Positions 37,584-46,844 of a stretch of DNA of 64,000 nt are shown one piece after another (positions within the stretch are counted from its first letter, which is position 1; every line of letters begins with the position of its first letter). The notes beneath the pieces are model-generated. The model was not told where the DNA came from and ran no database searches. It worked only from the letters and a program-made list of their open reading frames with translations. This DNA is from a virus (taxonomy: Duplodnaviria; Caudoviricetes): positions 1 to 64,000 of IMG/VR virus record IMGVR_UViG_3300025196_000011. The stretch is one strand, 5' to 3'. Made by a program: the position numbers and the translations under genes.

Positions 37584-38324
37584 TTATTTTTTAACGTGTA
37601 GCTTATTGCCGCGCGTATGGTTGTATTGCTCAATATTGCGCAAAATCTGCGCTTTATCGATGGTCGCTGTGGTATAGACTTTGGCGGTTTGTCTTGCCTT
37701 TATCATCGTACCGGTGGCGGTTTCATAAAAATTATAAGCGCCGTTATTGGTCACTTCGACGTACTGAGCGGCGGGCTTGTCGTCTTGCTTGTCGTCTTGC
37801 TTGCCGGCGGCGCGGGCTGGTTGCTCTTTTTTACGGCCATTGCCAGTAGGTGCGCTATTATCATTAGCTGATACCGGCGGCTTCGCGTCTGCATGGTCGT
37901 CGCTCCCTGTGGCCGCATCATCTACGGGTTTGTCATTGGCGGCATCGCCGGCTTGGTCGGTGCTTTCGCTTGGCTGCTCTGAATCATCAGCATTATCGCC
38001 AGTCTTGCTATCATCAGCTTGCGGCGTCTGTTCTGCCGGTACATCGTTGGTTGCATTTTTTTCGTCCTGTGGCTGTTCTGCTGGCTCGTCATGGCGCGCC
38101 GGCTGGTCGTTGTCTTGGTTATCAAAATCCATGCCTTTTGCGTCCATAAAGCGCCAAACAAGGGCGGCTTTGTTTTCGTCGCTGCCGTACTCAACCTCAG
38201 CTTCGATTAATTTCTCTTCTAGCTGCTCAACGGTATGCTGCTTGTAGACTTGTTTAAAGCGTGGCTTTTGCTCTAACTGCTTTAGGTTGTCCGGTAATTG
38301 CTTTTGTGTGCTCATAATAATCAT
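37584..38324 (-). CDS. capsid-operon protein with HeH/LEM-like N-domain, acidic linker and C-domain
   Basis: HTVEQLEEKLIEAEVEYGSDENKAALVWRF; long D/E/Q/P-rich linker; directly after the capsid gene. Confidence 0.5.
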   Translation of the reverse strand: MIIMSTQKQLPDNLKQLEQKPRFKQVYKQHTVEQLEEKLIEAEVEYGSDENKAALVWRFMDAKGMDFDNQDNDQPARHDEPAEQPQDEKNATNDVPAEQTPQADDSKTGDNADDSEQPSESTDQAGDAANDKPVDDAATGSDDHADAKPPVSANDNSAPTGNGRKKEQPARAAGKQDDKQDDKPAAQYVEVTNNGAYNFYETATGTMIKARQTAKVYTTATIDKAQILRNIEQYNHTRGNKLHVKK

Positions 38325-38347
38325 CCTAAGTTAAGGGAAATACATTT

Positions 38348-38384
38348 AAAAAAACCTTGCCGCCACATGACAACAAGGTTTTTT
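38348..38384. terminator. intrinsic terminator after the major capsid gene
   Basis: A7-ccttg...caagg-T6. Confidence 0.7.
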
Positions 38385-38404
38385 GATTAATAACCTATTG
38401 CCAA

Positions 38405-40222
38405 TTAAAGCGCTGGTAGGTTAATCATTTCAAGAATCATGCACTGGTTGCGATAGCGCGGGATTGGGTTTACGTCTGCTGCCATACGTGAGTAGATAGC
38501 AATATCTTCTTCAAACGCATCAGCTTTTGACGTAAGTACCATTGGTGGTACGGCAATCATACCGACAAACTGCGCTTGCGCTGGCTGGATAGGGCGCGGC
38601 ACGATTAAGGCAAAAGCGGTCGTAAGGTCTGCGCTTTCATTGAATACGCCCATTGACGCCGGCACGTAATAAACGTTGGCATTGCTGCTCTTTAAGCGGC
38701 CGATACGGTAAACGCTATACTGGTCGCCAAACGCAACGCCGGTTTCTTCGTAGTTTTCGCCACCAAGGCCACTAAAGAACGCCGCGCCACGGTCTGAGAC
38801 ATACAAGTCATAGCCGCCAATCGCGGTATTAATCTCGGTTGATAAGCGAGTACGCGCAAGGCCAAGCGTGATATTAACGTTAGAAAACGCATCAGCAATC
38901 TTGGTCGGTGAAATACCATCTTTTTTAAAGTCAAACGTGATAACGCGGCCGGTTTTAGGGTCTTGGTTCGCGTAACACATATTAACGGCGGTGCGTAACA
39001 AGCGTGAGGTCTGCTCAAAGTAGTAACGCTGCATGGCCACGGTCTGAGCGGCTGCATACCAGTTAATACCAAGCTCATTGGATAGCTGGGTAATGGCATC
39101 GATGGTCGCGGTTGAGCGTGAACGGCTTGGGAACGCATAAATAGAATGATGGCTGAACTCAATGTCGGTTGATGGCTCAGTCAAAATCTTTTTGTTATTG
39201 CTGTCTTTACGCTCATAGTCAAAAATAAGCTCGACGGTAACGTCGCCCGCTTCGGGGGTTGCGCCATCAATGGTATCAAACGTTACGGTTACTTCATGCG
39301 TATCAAGGTCGGCAACGCCGCTCTTAAGAATGAATTTATCCGCGCCTAATACTAATGGCTCGGCTGATTGCAAAATGCTTTTGCCTTTGTTGGTTGGGTG
39401 ATTGCGGTTTTTGTCATTGGCAATCTCAACGCCTTTGACCATGACCACAACGCGGCCACCTAAGAACGGGGCAATTTGCGAGCTTTTATCAACTTTAAAG
39501 CGGGTTGTTTTGTTTGCGGCCACTTCCATCGTATAGGCTGCATGAGATTCTAAGACGAACTCGCCAGCACCAGCGCCCGCTTCCATCATTAAGACGTGAC
39601 GGTTTTCAAGGTATGGCATACCGGCTTTGTCGCCGTCCATTCTATCGCCAATGCGCATAACGCCCATGTTTGTACCGGCAACGGTTGTACCATAGACAAT
39701 AGGTAGCTCGTTACTACCGGTCGGGTTTGGCAACATAGTCACAAGCGGCAAGCTGTTAGAAATACCGTAAGCAATAACGACTTGCGTTGCTGCTGGTACA
39801 ACCGATAGCGCTTCATGGTGGCCAAGGGTTAGGCTGTCAAACGTGTTCTTTTCGTTCGGGTCTTGCTTTGAGCCACCGCCAAACGGGATAGCTGCTGTAG
39901 ACAGTGCTGCTGCCAGTGCGTAAGCGCTTGGCTCTTCACCGCCGTTACGGTATTTAAACTCTTCGATACCCTCAGCGATACCATCAAAAACCGGCTGCGG
40001 GTTTTGCTTGATGTAGTCGTTTGACAAGATACGCTGCAAGGATTCGGGCAACTGCAAAAAGGCGGCTTCGCGGCCGTCTGCATTGCTGGCAAGCATTGAA
40101 TCGAACGCGGCGACTTCATTGCCGGCGGTGTTTTGGTCGTCCAAAAAGCGCATGAAACGGCGCGTTGCTTGAACTTCTTTGTAGGCTGCTTCGTTTAAAG
40201 CATTGGCTAGCTGTTTATCCAT
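38405..40222 (-). CDS. major capsid protein precursor (P1 gp23-like)
   Basis: 605 aa; N-terminal delta-like region, then a segment parallel to recalled P1 gp23; own late promoter. Confidence 0.85.
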   Translation of the reverse strand: MDKQLANALNEAAYKEVQATRRFMRFLDDQNTAGNEVAAFDSMLASNADGREAAFLQLPESLQRILSNDYIKQNPQPVFDGIAEGIEEFKYRNGGEEPSAYALAAALSTAAIPFGGGSKQDPNEKNTFDSLTLGHHEALSVVPAATQVVIAYGISNSLPLVTMLPNPTGSNELPIVYGTTVAGTNMGVMRIGDRMDGDKAGMPYLENRHVLMMEAGAGAGEFVLESHAAYTMEVAANKTTRFKVDKSSQIAPFLGGRVVVMVKGVEIANDKNRNHPTNKGKSILQSAEPLVLGADKFILKSGVADLDTHEVTVTFDTIDGATPEAGDVTVELIFDYERKDSNNKKILTEPSTDIEFSHHSIYAFPSRSRSTATIDAITQLSNELGINWYAAAQTVAMQRYYFEQTSRLLRTAVNMCYANQDPKTGRVITFDFKKDGISPTKIADAFSNVNITLGLARTRLSTEINTAIGGYDLYVSDRGAAFFSGLGGENYEETGVAFGDQYSVYRIGRLKSSNANVYYVPASMGVFNESADLTTAFALIVPRPIQPAQAQFVGMIAVPPMVLTSKADAFEEDIAIYSRMAADVNPIPRYRNQCMILEMINLPAL

Positions 40223-40274
40223 GATGAGATAATCCTATGTGGTCGGGGTTGGATAAGTTAAACTTATACGACTT

Positions 40275-40314
40275 ATAGTAATGGGCTTCTCAAACACGGT
40301 TTTAGGGGTGTTCC
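40275..40314 (-). promoter_or_regulatory. putative late promoter (capsid)
   Basis: GGAACAC-N27-TACTAT. Confidence 0.7.
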
Positions 40315-40320
40315 AAACAC

Positions 40321-40344
40321 AAAAAAGCCGCTTATTAGCGGCTT
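40321..40344 (-). terminator. intrinsic terminator
   Basis: AAGCCGCT-AATA-AGCGGCTTTTTT on the minus strand. Confidence 0.75.
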
Positions 40345-40377
40345 GGTAATGCGGTTTTGCACAATTTGGAATAAGGG

Positions 40378-40845
40378 CTATTTTTCTTGCATAAGGCTCA
40401 CAAGCAATCGCGCATCATGCAAATACGGGCTTTCTTCAAAACGCCGTTCTCGCCCTTGTTCATCGACATTGTACTTATAATTATTGATGACGGCTTTGAT
40501 ATGCTGGTCGCTAAACGGCAACATAGGCTCAACATCAAGCGTCATACTCCACATGCGGCGGCTTATCTTAAATACGCGGCTCTCTACGTGCTCACAAGTA
40601 AAGCCCTCATGGCGCAAAATGGTGATAAATTCGCGCTCTATTAAGTCCTTGGTCATATCGTCCAAAACCATATAAGGATTGTAACGCGCAACCGGCGTAT
40701 AATCCAAGCTGCCATCGGCGCGCCGTATCACCTCGCCGGCCGATGGGTTGTAAATATCCCAATCAATAATTCTTTTCCATGCCTCGTTATTGGCAACCGG
40801 TACGGGCTTGGCCTCTTTAACGTATGGCTCGTTGAAAATCCCCAT
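40378..40845 (-). CDS. hypothetical protein
   Basis: 155-aa ORF with AAGGA RBS. Confidence 0.7.
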   Translation of the reverse strand: MGIFNEPYVKEAKPVPVANNEAWKRIIDWDIYNPSAGEVIRRADGSLDYTPVARYNPYMVLDDMTKDLIEREFITILRHEGFTCEHVESRVFKISRRMWSMTLDVEPMLPFSDQHIKAVINNYKYNVDEQGRERRFEESPYLHDARLLVSLMQEK

Positions 40846-40887
40846 TGTGCAATCCTTGATAAGATAAATAGATTTCTTATTATAGAC

Positions 40888-41472
40888 TTACTTATAAGGT
40901 ACTGCCACGTCGGCTATATTTTCTTCTTTGAAAGCGTCTAAATAATTCAAGTCAAAGCGCTGCGCTAAGGCGTACTTAGCGCCATGGCCGGCCATCATGG
41001 ATTGCCCCATCACGCCGGTACACTCGTGATACTCTTTATGGCCATTCAATAAAAAGCAAAATAGGTCGCCAATTTTCGGCGTCCAATCCGGCATCATATC
41101 GACGCGCGCTTCATCATCTAGCGTTATGTCGTAAGGCTCAACCAAAGCAAGCGAACTTAGCTCTTCGGGCATAACCATCATGCCGCCATCATGGAAAGCG
41201 CCGCCGATACTGTCCAATATTAAAACCATGGCATGACCTAGCGGCTCATAATCGATGGCGTGCTCGTCGCTATCGCCAATTGTGCCAAGGCCTGACCATG
41301 TGACAAAACGCCTATCCTCTTCATCGTTTGCATCGAGCTTTAACACAGTACGACGAAAGGCAAACGTCGGTATAACTGACTGGCTGCGCATAGTGATAAT
41401 GCGGTTATTGAGGCGTTGGCCATCGGTGACTAAAACGTTTTCTATGCGTAAGCTCATTAGTAATTGCCCCAT
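40888..41472 (-). CDS. putative neck/head-completion protein
   Basis: ~190 aa (start 41472 or 41457); WTPKIGDLF motif; position among virion genes. Confidence 0.35.
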   Translation of the reverse strand: MGQLLMSLRIENVLVTDGQRLNNRIITMRSQSVIPTFAFRRTVLKLDANDEEDRRFVTWSGLGTIGDSDEHAIDYEPLGHAMVLILDSIGGAFHDGGMMVMPEELSSLALVEPYDITLDDEARVDMMPDWTPKIGDLFCFLLNGHKEYHECTGVMGQSMMAGHGAKYALAQRFDLNYLDAFKEENIADVAVPYK

Positions 41473-42614
41473 TTGTCTTGATAATTATTGATTTCATCTT
41501 GGTAAATCTTTTTGAACGTGTCCGGCACGCCCTTTCTGCCTAGCTGCTTTTTGGCGTACTGGTAGCTGCTGCGCTCCGCTTGGGTCGGCGCGTTTGGCTG
41601 CTTGGCTCGCTGGCGTTTTTGCTCAGCTTTAACCTGTTTTTGCGCATCGATGGCCGCTTGCTTGATTTTCTTACTCCAATGTAGCCGGCCATTCCAATTG
41701 TTTAAGGCCTCTGTTTGCTTCATGGCTTCGCGTTCTAGCTGTTTGGCGGTCTTGCGCTGTGGTCGTACCTGATTGCTTGCCCGCGCTATGTCATCACGCG
41801 CATATTTGCCAATCATGGCTATCATGTGCGGGCTGGTTAGGTGCTTCATCACTCGCAAGGTATGCTTGCAAGCCACGCCGGTAAATTGCGGGTTACGGGT
41901 CGATGGGTAGCGGGTTTCATCAATGCCATAGTTATACTTGCCAATACTGGCAATATATCGATACCAATAGCGATGACGGCCACAATCACAATCAAAGCGG
42001 ATTTTGCCATCAACTACCGCTTTTTTAACTTCTGTCATGGCCGGCGCACGGGTACGGCCTAGCAGTAATTGCGGGTATTCGAGCAACTGCACCGCGACAT
42101 AATGATGGGTGTCTTTACTGCCTATGCCGGCATTGGTGACAAAATGAATAACGTTACCCTTGCGCTTAAAAACACTGGCTAAAAATATCTGAGTATTGGC
42201 GCGCTTAACGTCCTCTAATCGTGAATGATTAATCACGTCTTTTGGGGTTATGCCACCTAAAAACTTGTTTGACGCCGCGCGGACGTTTTCAAGATAGGCC
42301 TTAAGCGTGGCCGCGTCCAAGGTCTTTTTTAGCTCGCGGTTGCGCTTGGTGTCGCCCAAGGTGAACTCTAATAGCTCAGCGGCATCAATACCGGCCTTGC
42401 TTTTGGCGCTGGCTACCAATTTTTCTAGTTTTTTGGTCGTGATACGCTCGCCGCTTTCAATATCCTCAATGGTGTCCTTAAGATAGCGATTGTGCGTGCT
42501 GGCGTGTTTGCGCTGGCGGGTTACGTCCTTAGTGCTTTCAATGCGCCACTGTCTAAGCTCTTCAAGCGTTAGATTGTTGGTTTGGCGGTCTTGCCAACTG
42601 GTGTTATCGCCCAT
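41457..42614 (-). CDS. SWIM-type zinc-finger protein
   Basis: FDCDCGRHRYWY...ETRYPSTRNP...ACKH; basic C-terminus; start re-assigned to MGDN at 42614. Confidence 0.65.
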   Translation of the reverse strand: MGDNTSWQDRQTNNLTLEELRQWRIESTKDVTRQRKHASTHNRYLKDTIEDIESGERITTKKLEKLVASAKSKAGIDAAELLEFTLGDTKRNRELKKTLDAATLKAYLENVRAASNKFLGGITPKDVINHSRLEDVKRANTQIFLASVFKRKGNVIHFVTNAGIGSKDTHHYVAVQLLEYPQLLLGRTRAPAMTEVKKAVVDGKIRFDCDCGRHRYWYRYIASIGKYNYGIDETRYPSTRNPQFTGVACKHTLRVMKHLTSPHMIAMIGKYARDDIARASNQVRPQRKTAKQLEREAMKQTEALNNWNGRLHWSKKIKQAAIDAQKQVKAEQKRQRAKQPNAPTQAERSSYQYAKKQLGRKGVPDTFKKIYQDEINNYQDKWGNY

Positions 42615-42900
42615 AAGCCATACCCTCATTGGTTAAGTGCTCGCGCTTCAATGCGGCCACGCTTGCCGGCGCTGGCAAGTAGATAATGCGGCGCGGTAAA
42701 GGCTCGCCAATCCGGTTCGTGCCAGCGCATAGCATGACTATATCGGCGTCATCACGGCTGCCATAAACGCGCTGCGCGATAAGCGTGGGGTCGTGCTCTT
42801 CATCTTGGCCAACATCCCACGCAATCAGCTTGTCGGTACGCGCGCGGCGTACCAATAGGTCAACGTGAGTACGAACGGCGTTTAAGTAAATGTTTTTCAT
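42604..42900 (-). CDS. LysM/gpX-like baseplate protein
   Basis: DPTLIAQRVYGSRD...IIYLP. Confidence 0.6.
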   Translation of the reverse strand: MKNIYLNAVRTHVDLLVRRARTDKLIAWDVGQDEEHDPTLIAQRVYGSRDDADIVMLCAGTNRIGEPLPRRIIYLPAPASVAALKREHLTNEGMAYGR

Positions 42901-42908
42901 AAAACCCC

Positions 42909-43457
42909 TTACGCGGTGCGTAACCAGTAACCGGCGACAATAGACGGCTGAATATTGTTATGCGGCTGGTCGCCGCCCGCGCCCCCAGTCGTAATATTTG
43001 CGGCGCTGGCGCTGGTGTTTTGTGTGGCCGGCCTTGTATTACCTGAGATATTGCCCTTATGAAAATCAACCTCATGCGTATGATTGGGTATTTCCTCAAT
43101 CGTTAGTGTGTGCTCGTTTTCACCAAACGTATTACCGATAGTTTTATAATCATCAGGGTCGGCCGCTTTGGTTGATTGACCTACCACCGTGCGCCCCTCT
43201 GCATAGCGCACCCATGTGCCATATCCATGATGGGCGGCCACGGCGGCGGCGCTTACATGGTTAATCGTCGTGGTATAAATATCACCTACCTTGTACGCCT
43301 CAACGCTGCCTATTTGCTGCTTTAACCATAAGATATTCTCGGCAAGCTGGCGGCTCGCTAGATTGGCATTACCACCATCACCGCCGACGATGGGTTCGGT
43401 TACGTCCACTTGATTGATATTGTCATGCCATTGCGCGGTTAGATTTAAGTTGCTCAT
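42909..43457 (-). CDS. short fibre/baseplate wedge-tip protein
   Basis: VGDIY...GTW...GRTVVG...GENEHTLTIEEIPNHTH...PHNNIQP tail-collar-type motifs. Confidence 0.75.
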   Translation of the reverse strand: MSNLNLTAQWHDNINQVDVTEPIVGGDGGNANLASRQLAENILWLKQQIGSVEAYKVGDIYTTTINHVSAAAVAAHHGYGTWVRYAEGRTVVGQSTKAADPDDYKTIGNTFGENEHTLTIEEIPNHTHEVDFHKGNISGNTRPATQNTSASAANITTGGAGGDQPHNNIQPSIVAGYWLRTA

Positions 43458-43478
43458 ATATAAATTCCTATCGATGAA

Positions 43479-44327
43479 TTATTGGTAACGGGCTTTGCCG
43501 TCGTATTTGTGTTTGCCGTCATACTTAACGGCGTTAGGGTCTAAGCGCTCCCATATATGCGTTGTCTGCAATGGGTAGGTATTTGGCTGCTGACTGATTG
43601 GGTCGCTCGTCATGCCTCTTTTGCCTAGATTAAACTGCTCACTTTCGACAAACGGGTCGGCGGGGTCAGTGGCGACGATAATCTTACCGGTGACACGCTG
43701 CCAAAACGTTTCAACGCCAAGCAATTCATCAAATAGCGGCTTTGGGTTCATATCGATATGGGTATGGTACAAATAACCGATAGGAATAACCGCCCCTAGC
43801 AAGGCTTGAAAGTGGGCTTTGTCCACGTACTGCGCATGGGCGTTTAGGTCGTCAAGGTGGGCGCTTGATAAGTATTGCGGGTGCGGATTTGGTGCGGCCA
43901 AGTGCGCTTCCATGCTGCTTAAGGCTGGGCTAGCATTGCCGCTTTGTACCTTTACGCGCGCGGTATCAATGCCGGCAAGCGCGATGCCAAACGAGGCGGC
44001 AAAATTACCCGCGTTTAGGGTAAAAAATGGCTGGCTACCGGATAAGGCCACGGCAAACAATACGCCGGTACTGGTCTTAACGCCTACCTCATGCACGTTG
44101 ACAGTCGCCTTTGATGCCAGCATGGCGCTAAAGCGTAAAACCTCGCTTTTAGGCTCAATGCCCGCGCTAATAATATCGGCGCTGTCAATCTCGATACTGA
44201 GCGCGGTTTCATTACCGGTTACGGTATCCCTGCCCTCACCGATGGCCACTTCTGATAGCGTGATATTGCCGCTGGCAAGCGCTTGCTTGCCGGCCTTGGT
44301 CACGGTAAAAATGATTTGCTTGGCCAT
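43479..44327 (-). CDS. tail fibre protein, short paralog
   Basis: gpH-like N-terminus, HLAAPNPHPQY motif, C-terminal YDG repeats. Confidence 0.75.
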   Translation of the reverse strand: MAKQIIFTVTKAGKQALASGNITLSEVAIGEGRDTVTGNETALSIEIDSADIISAGIEPKSEVLRFSAMLASKATVNVHEVGVKTSTGVLFAVALSGSQPFFTLNAGNFAASFGIALAGIDTARVKVQSGNASPALSSMEAHLAAPNPHPQYLSSAHLDDLNAHAQYVDKAHFQALLGAVIPIGYLYHTHIDMNPKPLFDELLGVETFWQRVTGKIIVATDPADPFVESEQFNLGKRGMTSDPISQQPNTYPLQTTHIWERLDPNAVKYDGKHKYDGKARYQ

Positions 44328-44329
44328 GA

Positions 44330-46717
44330 TTAACGCCCCTTGGTTGAGCCGCCGGCTAGGTTGTTAATGGTTACGCTGCCCTCTTTTACTAAACCCGCTT
44401 GCCCGCCGTTTGCTGGTGGTACGGCGTAAACTTTTTGATAGACGGTGTTAAAGCGGCCTTTTAGTTTCTTAAGCGTGGTTTTTTGGCTGTTCACGCCATT
44501 ACCGCCGCTTACGCCTAAATCTCCGCCCGCGCCGCCATGGTGCAAGCTCACGTCTAGCGATTCAAAGTAGTTTGGCATGACCAACTCGCCATCCGTATTA
44601 GTGCCATCGGCCGCCATACCGCCATAACCATACGCGCCGCCTACCGTGCTGCCGCCATTACTAGATTGTTTTAGCGTGACACTGTAATGCTGATACAGCG
44701 TATAACCCTGATAGACAAGCGACGGGCGCGTCTTGTCAACTGCTGCCGTTTCTGACACGTAAGAAATAAGATTGTAATGCAAGCCGTCGCTATGATAGTT
44801 AGGCAAAAAGAATACCGGTGAATTGAGCTTAAAAGCGGGGTCTTTAAACGGTATGGTCTTTTCAATCCGATTATGCGCCGGTGAATACCATGATAGAAAG
44901 TCCGTAGCGCCGCTTTTTGGCTGCGTTTGCGTCATATACATTGGCTGCGGCTCTTTGGTGTAGTCAAACGGCGTATAACCGCTTTCAGCATGATACTGAT
45001 AAAAGCTCTCTATCGTGTTGCCGTTAGGTGCGCGGCGGCCATACGGCGCACCGCCGCCCGCGCCAGCCCCGCCTATCGTTTCAAAAACGCCATCAGGGCT
45101 AAACTCACTTGGCGCGTTAAAGATGACCACGCCACCGCCACCGCCGCCACCGCCGCCGCCCGCAATCGTGCCGTAATTTTCTACTATCATTTTCCCCTTA
45201 ATGGCCGTGCCGCCATCTTCTCCATCTTGCGGCAAGGTTAAACGGGTGGTATCAGTCCAATTATTTATTACAATACCTACGCCGCTTAGCCATTCGGACG
45301 CCCGCCCGCCCGCGCCGCCGCGTCCTAAAATACGGCCGCGATTTTCAACGGTTATTTGCGAGCCTACCGGCCATTTTGTGCCGTCTAGTATCGCTGGCTG
45401 CGTGGTATCTGCTGCTATAACGTCTACGCCCTCGTTGATGATAAAGCGCACCTTATCGGTCGATACCGGATAAGCGCCGCTATGCTGTTTAAAATATTCA
45501 TCGAGCACAATACCGTTTAGCGTGCTGCTGGTGATATGTATGAATTTCTCGGTACGTCCAGCGTCCATAATCGGTACATTCATCGATAGATTTGCTGGCG
45601 CGCCTACGGTTAGCCGTACATGCTTTTGCGCTTCTGCGATATTGTCATCAGGCGTGGTCGTATAGTCGATAATAGCGCTGCCATTCTTTAAAATGACTGA
45701 GCCGGACTTGGTGGCATCAGGCGTGGTTACGTCATTGCTGGCGCTGTTTAATGCGCCCTCTTTAACCGTCCATTTTAGGATTTGGCCATCAGGCACGTTG
45801 CTTGCGGTTAAGGTAAAGCGGATAGCTGCGCCCTCGTCAATGGCCGTCTTATTGGCGATTACTTGCCAAACGGTTTCAATCACGTCATCAGGGTTATAGC
45901 GCTCAAAAACGTTGGTCGTATAAAGCGGATAGGTATGCGGACGGTTCACGCCCGCGTCGCTGGTCATGCCCTTTTGGCCAATCGTCAATCCAACGTCTTT
46001 AATAAACGGGTCGGCGGGATCGGTGGCGACGATAATTTTGCCGGTGAGGCGACGCCAAGCGGTTTCAATGCCAAGCAGCCTGTCAAAATCAGGCTTAGGA
46101 TTGACGGCGCTATGGGTATGATGCAAATAGCCGATAGGGATTAGCACCTCTAGCAGCAATTGAAAGCGTTTAAAATCCAAGTATTGCGGGTGCGGGTCTT
46201 TGGTCACGTCTAAATGCTCAAGCCCTAAATATTGCGGGTGCGGATTTGGTGCGGCCAAGTGGTTTTGCATGATGGTCGGCATCAAGCTGGCGTTAGGATT
46301 GATTGTGACCGTTACCTTATCGGCGCTGGCTTCATTGAGCGCCAAGCCGAAAGCGACGACAAAGGTTACGTTCGGGTATAGGGTGAATAACGGCTCATTG
46401 ATGGCCGCCGCAATAGCAAATAGCGTGCCGTCCTCACTCAGTAGGCCAAGCTCATAAACGGGCGTGATTTTATCGGCGTAAATGGTGGCACTAAACTGCA
46501 AGGTATTGGACGCATCAACCTCACCGGACGCGGTGGCAATCTTAGTAATAAGGGTTTTGATTTTGGTTTCTTTGCCGGTTGGCGTATAACGGCCTGAGCC
46601 GATAGCAACATGCGTAAGATTGACAGACAAATTGACCGCATCGCCGGTCGTGTTTAACGCGCCACGTTTGCCGGCGTCGGTTATTTTTAGAATGATAGGT
46701 TTGCTAGGTGTGGCCAT
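44330..46717 (-). CDS. long tail fibre with glycine-rich adhesin-like tip
   Basis: gpH-like N-terminus, HPQY repeats, Ig/Calx-like middle, GRGGAGG, poly-G and GGGAPYG motifs as in gp38-type adhesins. Confidence 0.85.
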   Translation of the reverse strand: MATPSKPIILKITDAGKRGALNTTGDAVNLSVNLTHVAIGSGRYTPTGKETKIKTLITKIATASGEVDASNTLQFSATIYADKITPVYELGLLSEDGTLFAIAAAINEPLFTLYPNVTFVVAFGLALNEASADKVTVTINPNASLMPTIMQNHLAAPNPHPQYLGLEHLDVTKDPHPQYLDFKRFQLLLEVLIPIGYLHHTHSAVNPKPDFDRLLGIETAWRRLTGKIIVATDPADPFIKDVGLTIGQKGMTSDAGVNRPHTYPLYTTNVFERYNPDDVIETVWQVIANKTAIDEGAAIRFTLTASNVPDGQILKWTVKEGALNSASNDVTTPDATKSGSVILKNGSAIIDYTTTPDDNIAEAQKHVRLTVGAPANLSMNVPIMDAGRTEKFIHITSSTLNGIVLDEYFKQHSGAYPVSTDKVRFIINEGVDVIAADTTQPAILDGTKWPVGSQITVENRGRILGRGGAGGRASEWLSGVGIVINNWTDTTRLTLPQDGEDGGTAIKGKMIVENYGTIAGGGGGGGGGGVVIFNAPSEFSPDGVFETIGGAGAGGGAPYGRRAPNGNTIESFYQYHAESGYTPFDYTKEPQPMYMTQTQPKSGATDFLSWYSPAHNRIEKTIPFKDPAFKLNSPVFFLPNYHSDGLHYNLISYVSETAAVDKTRPSLVYQGYTLYQHYSVTLKQSSNGGSTVGGAYGYGGMAADGTNTDGELVMPNYFESLDVSLHHGGAGGDLGVSGGNGVNSQKTTLKKLKGRFNTVYQKVYAVPPANGGQAGLVKEGSVTINNLAGGSTKGR

Positions 46718-46756
46718 GGTGATAAGTACCCGCTTGTCTAATGTGGAATGAGTACC

Positions 46757-46795
46757 ATTTTAGCGCTTGCCAGCTTGCGGGCGGGCGGGTGTTCC
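46757..46795 (-). promoter_or_regulatory. putative late promoter (fibre operon)
   Basis: GGAACAC-N26-TAAAAT. Confidence 0.72.
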
Positions 46796-46844
46796 ATACA
46801 GGGTAAGCCTAGCTTTATGCGCAAAAAACAATTACCCGTTATCC

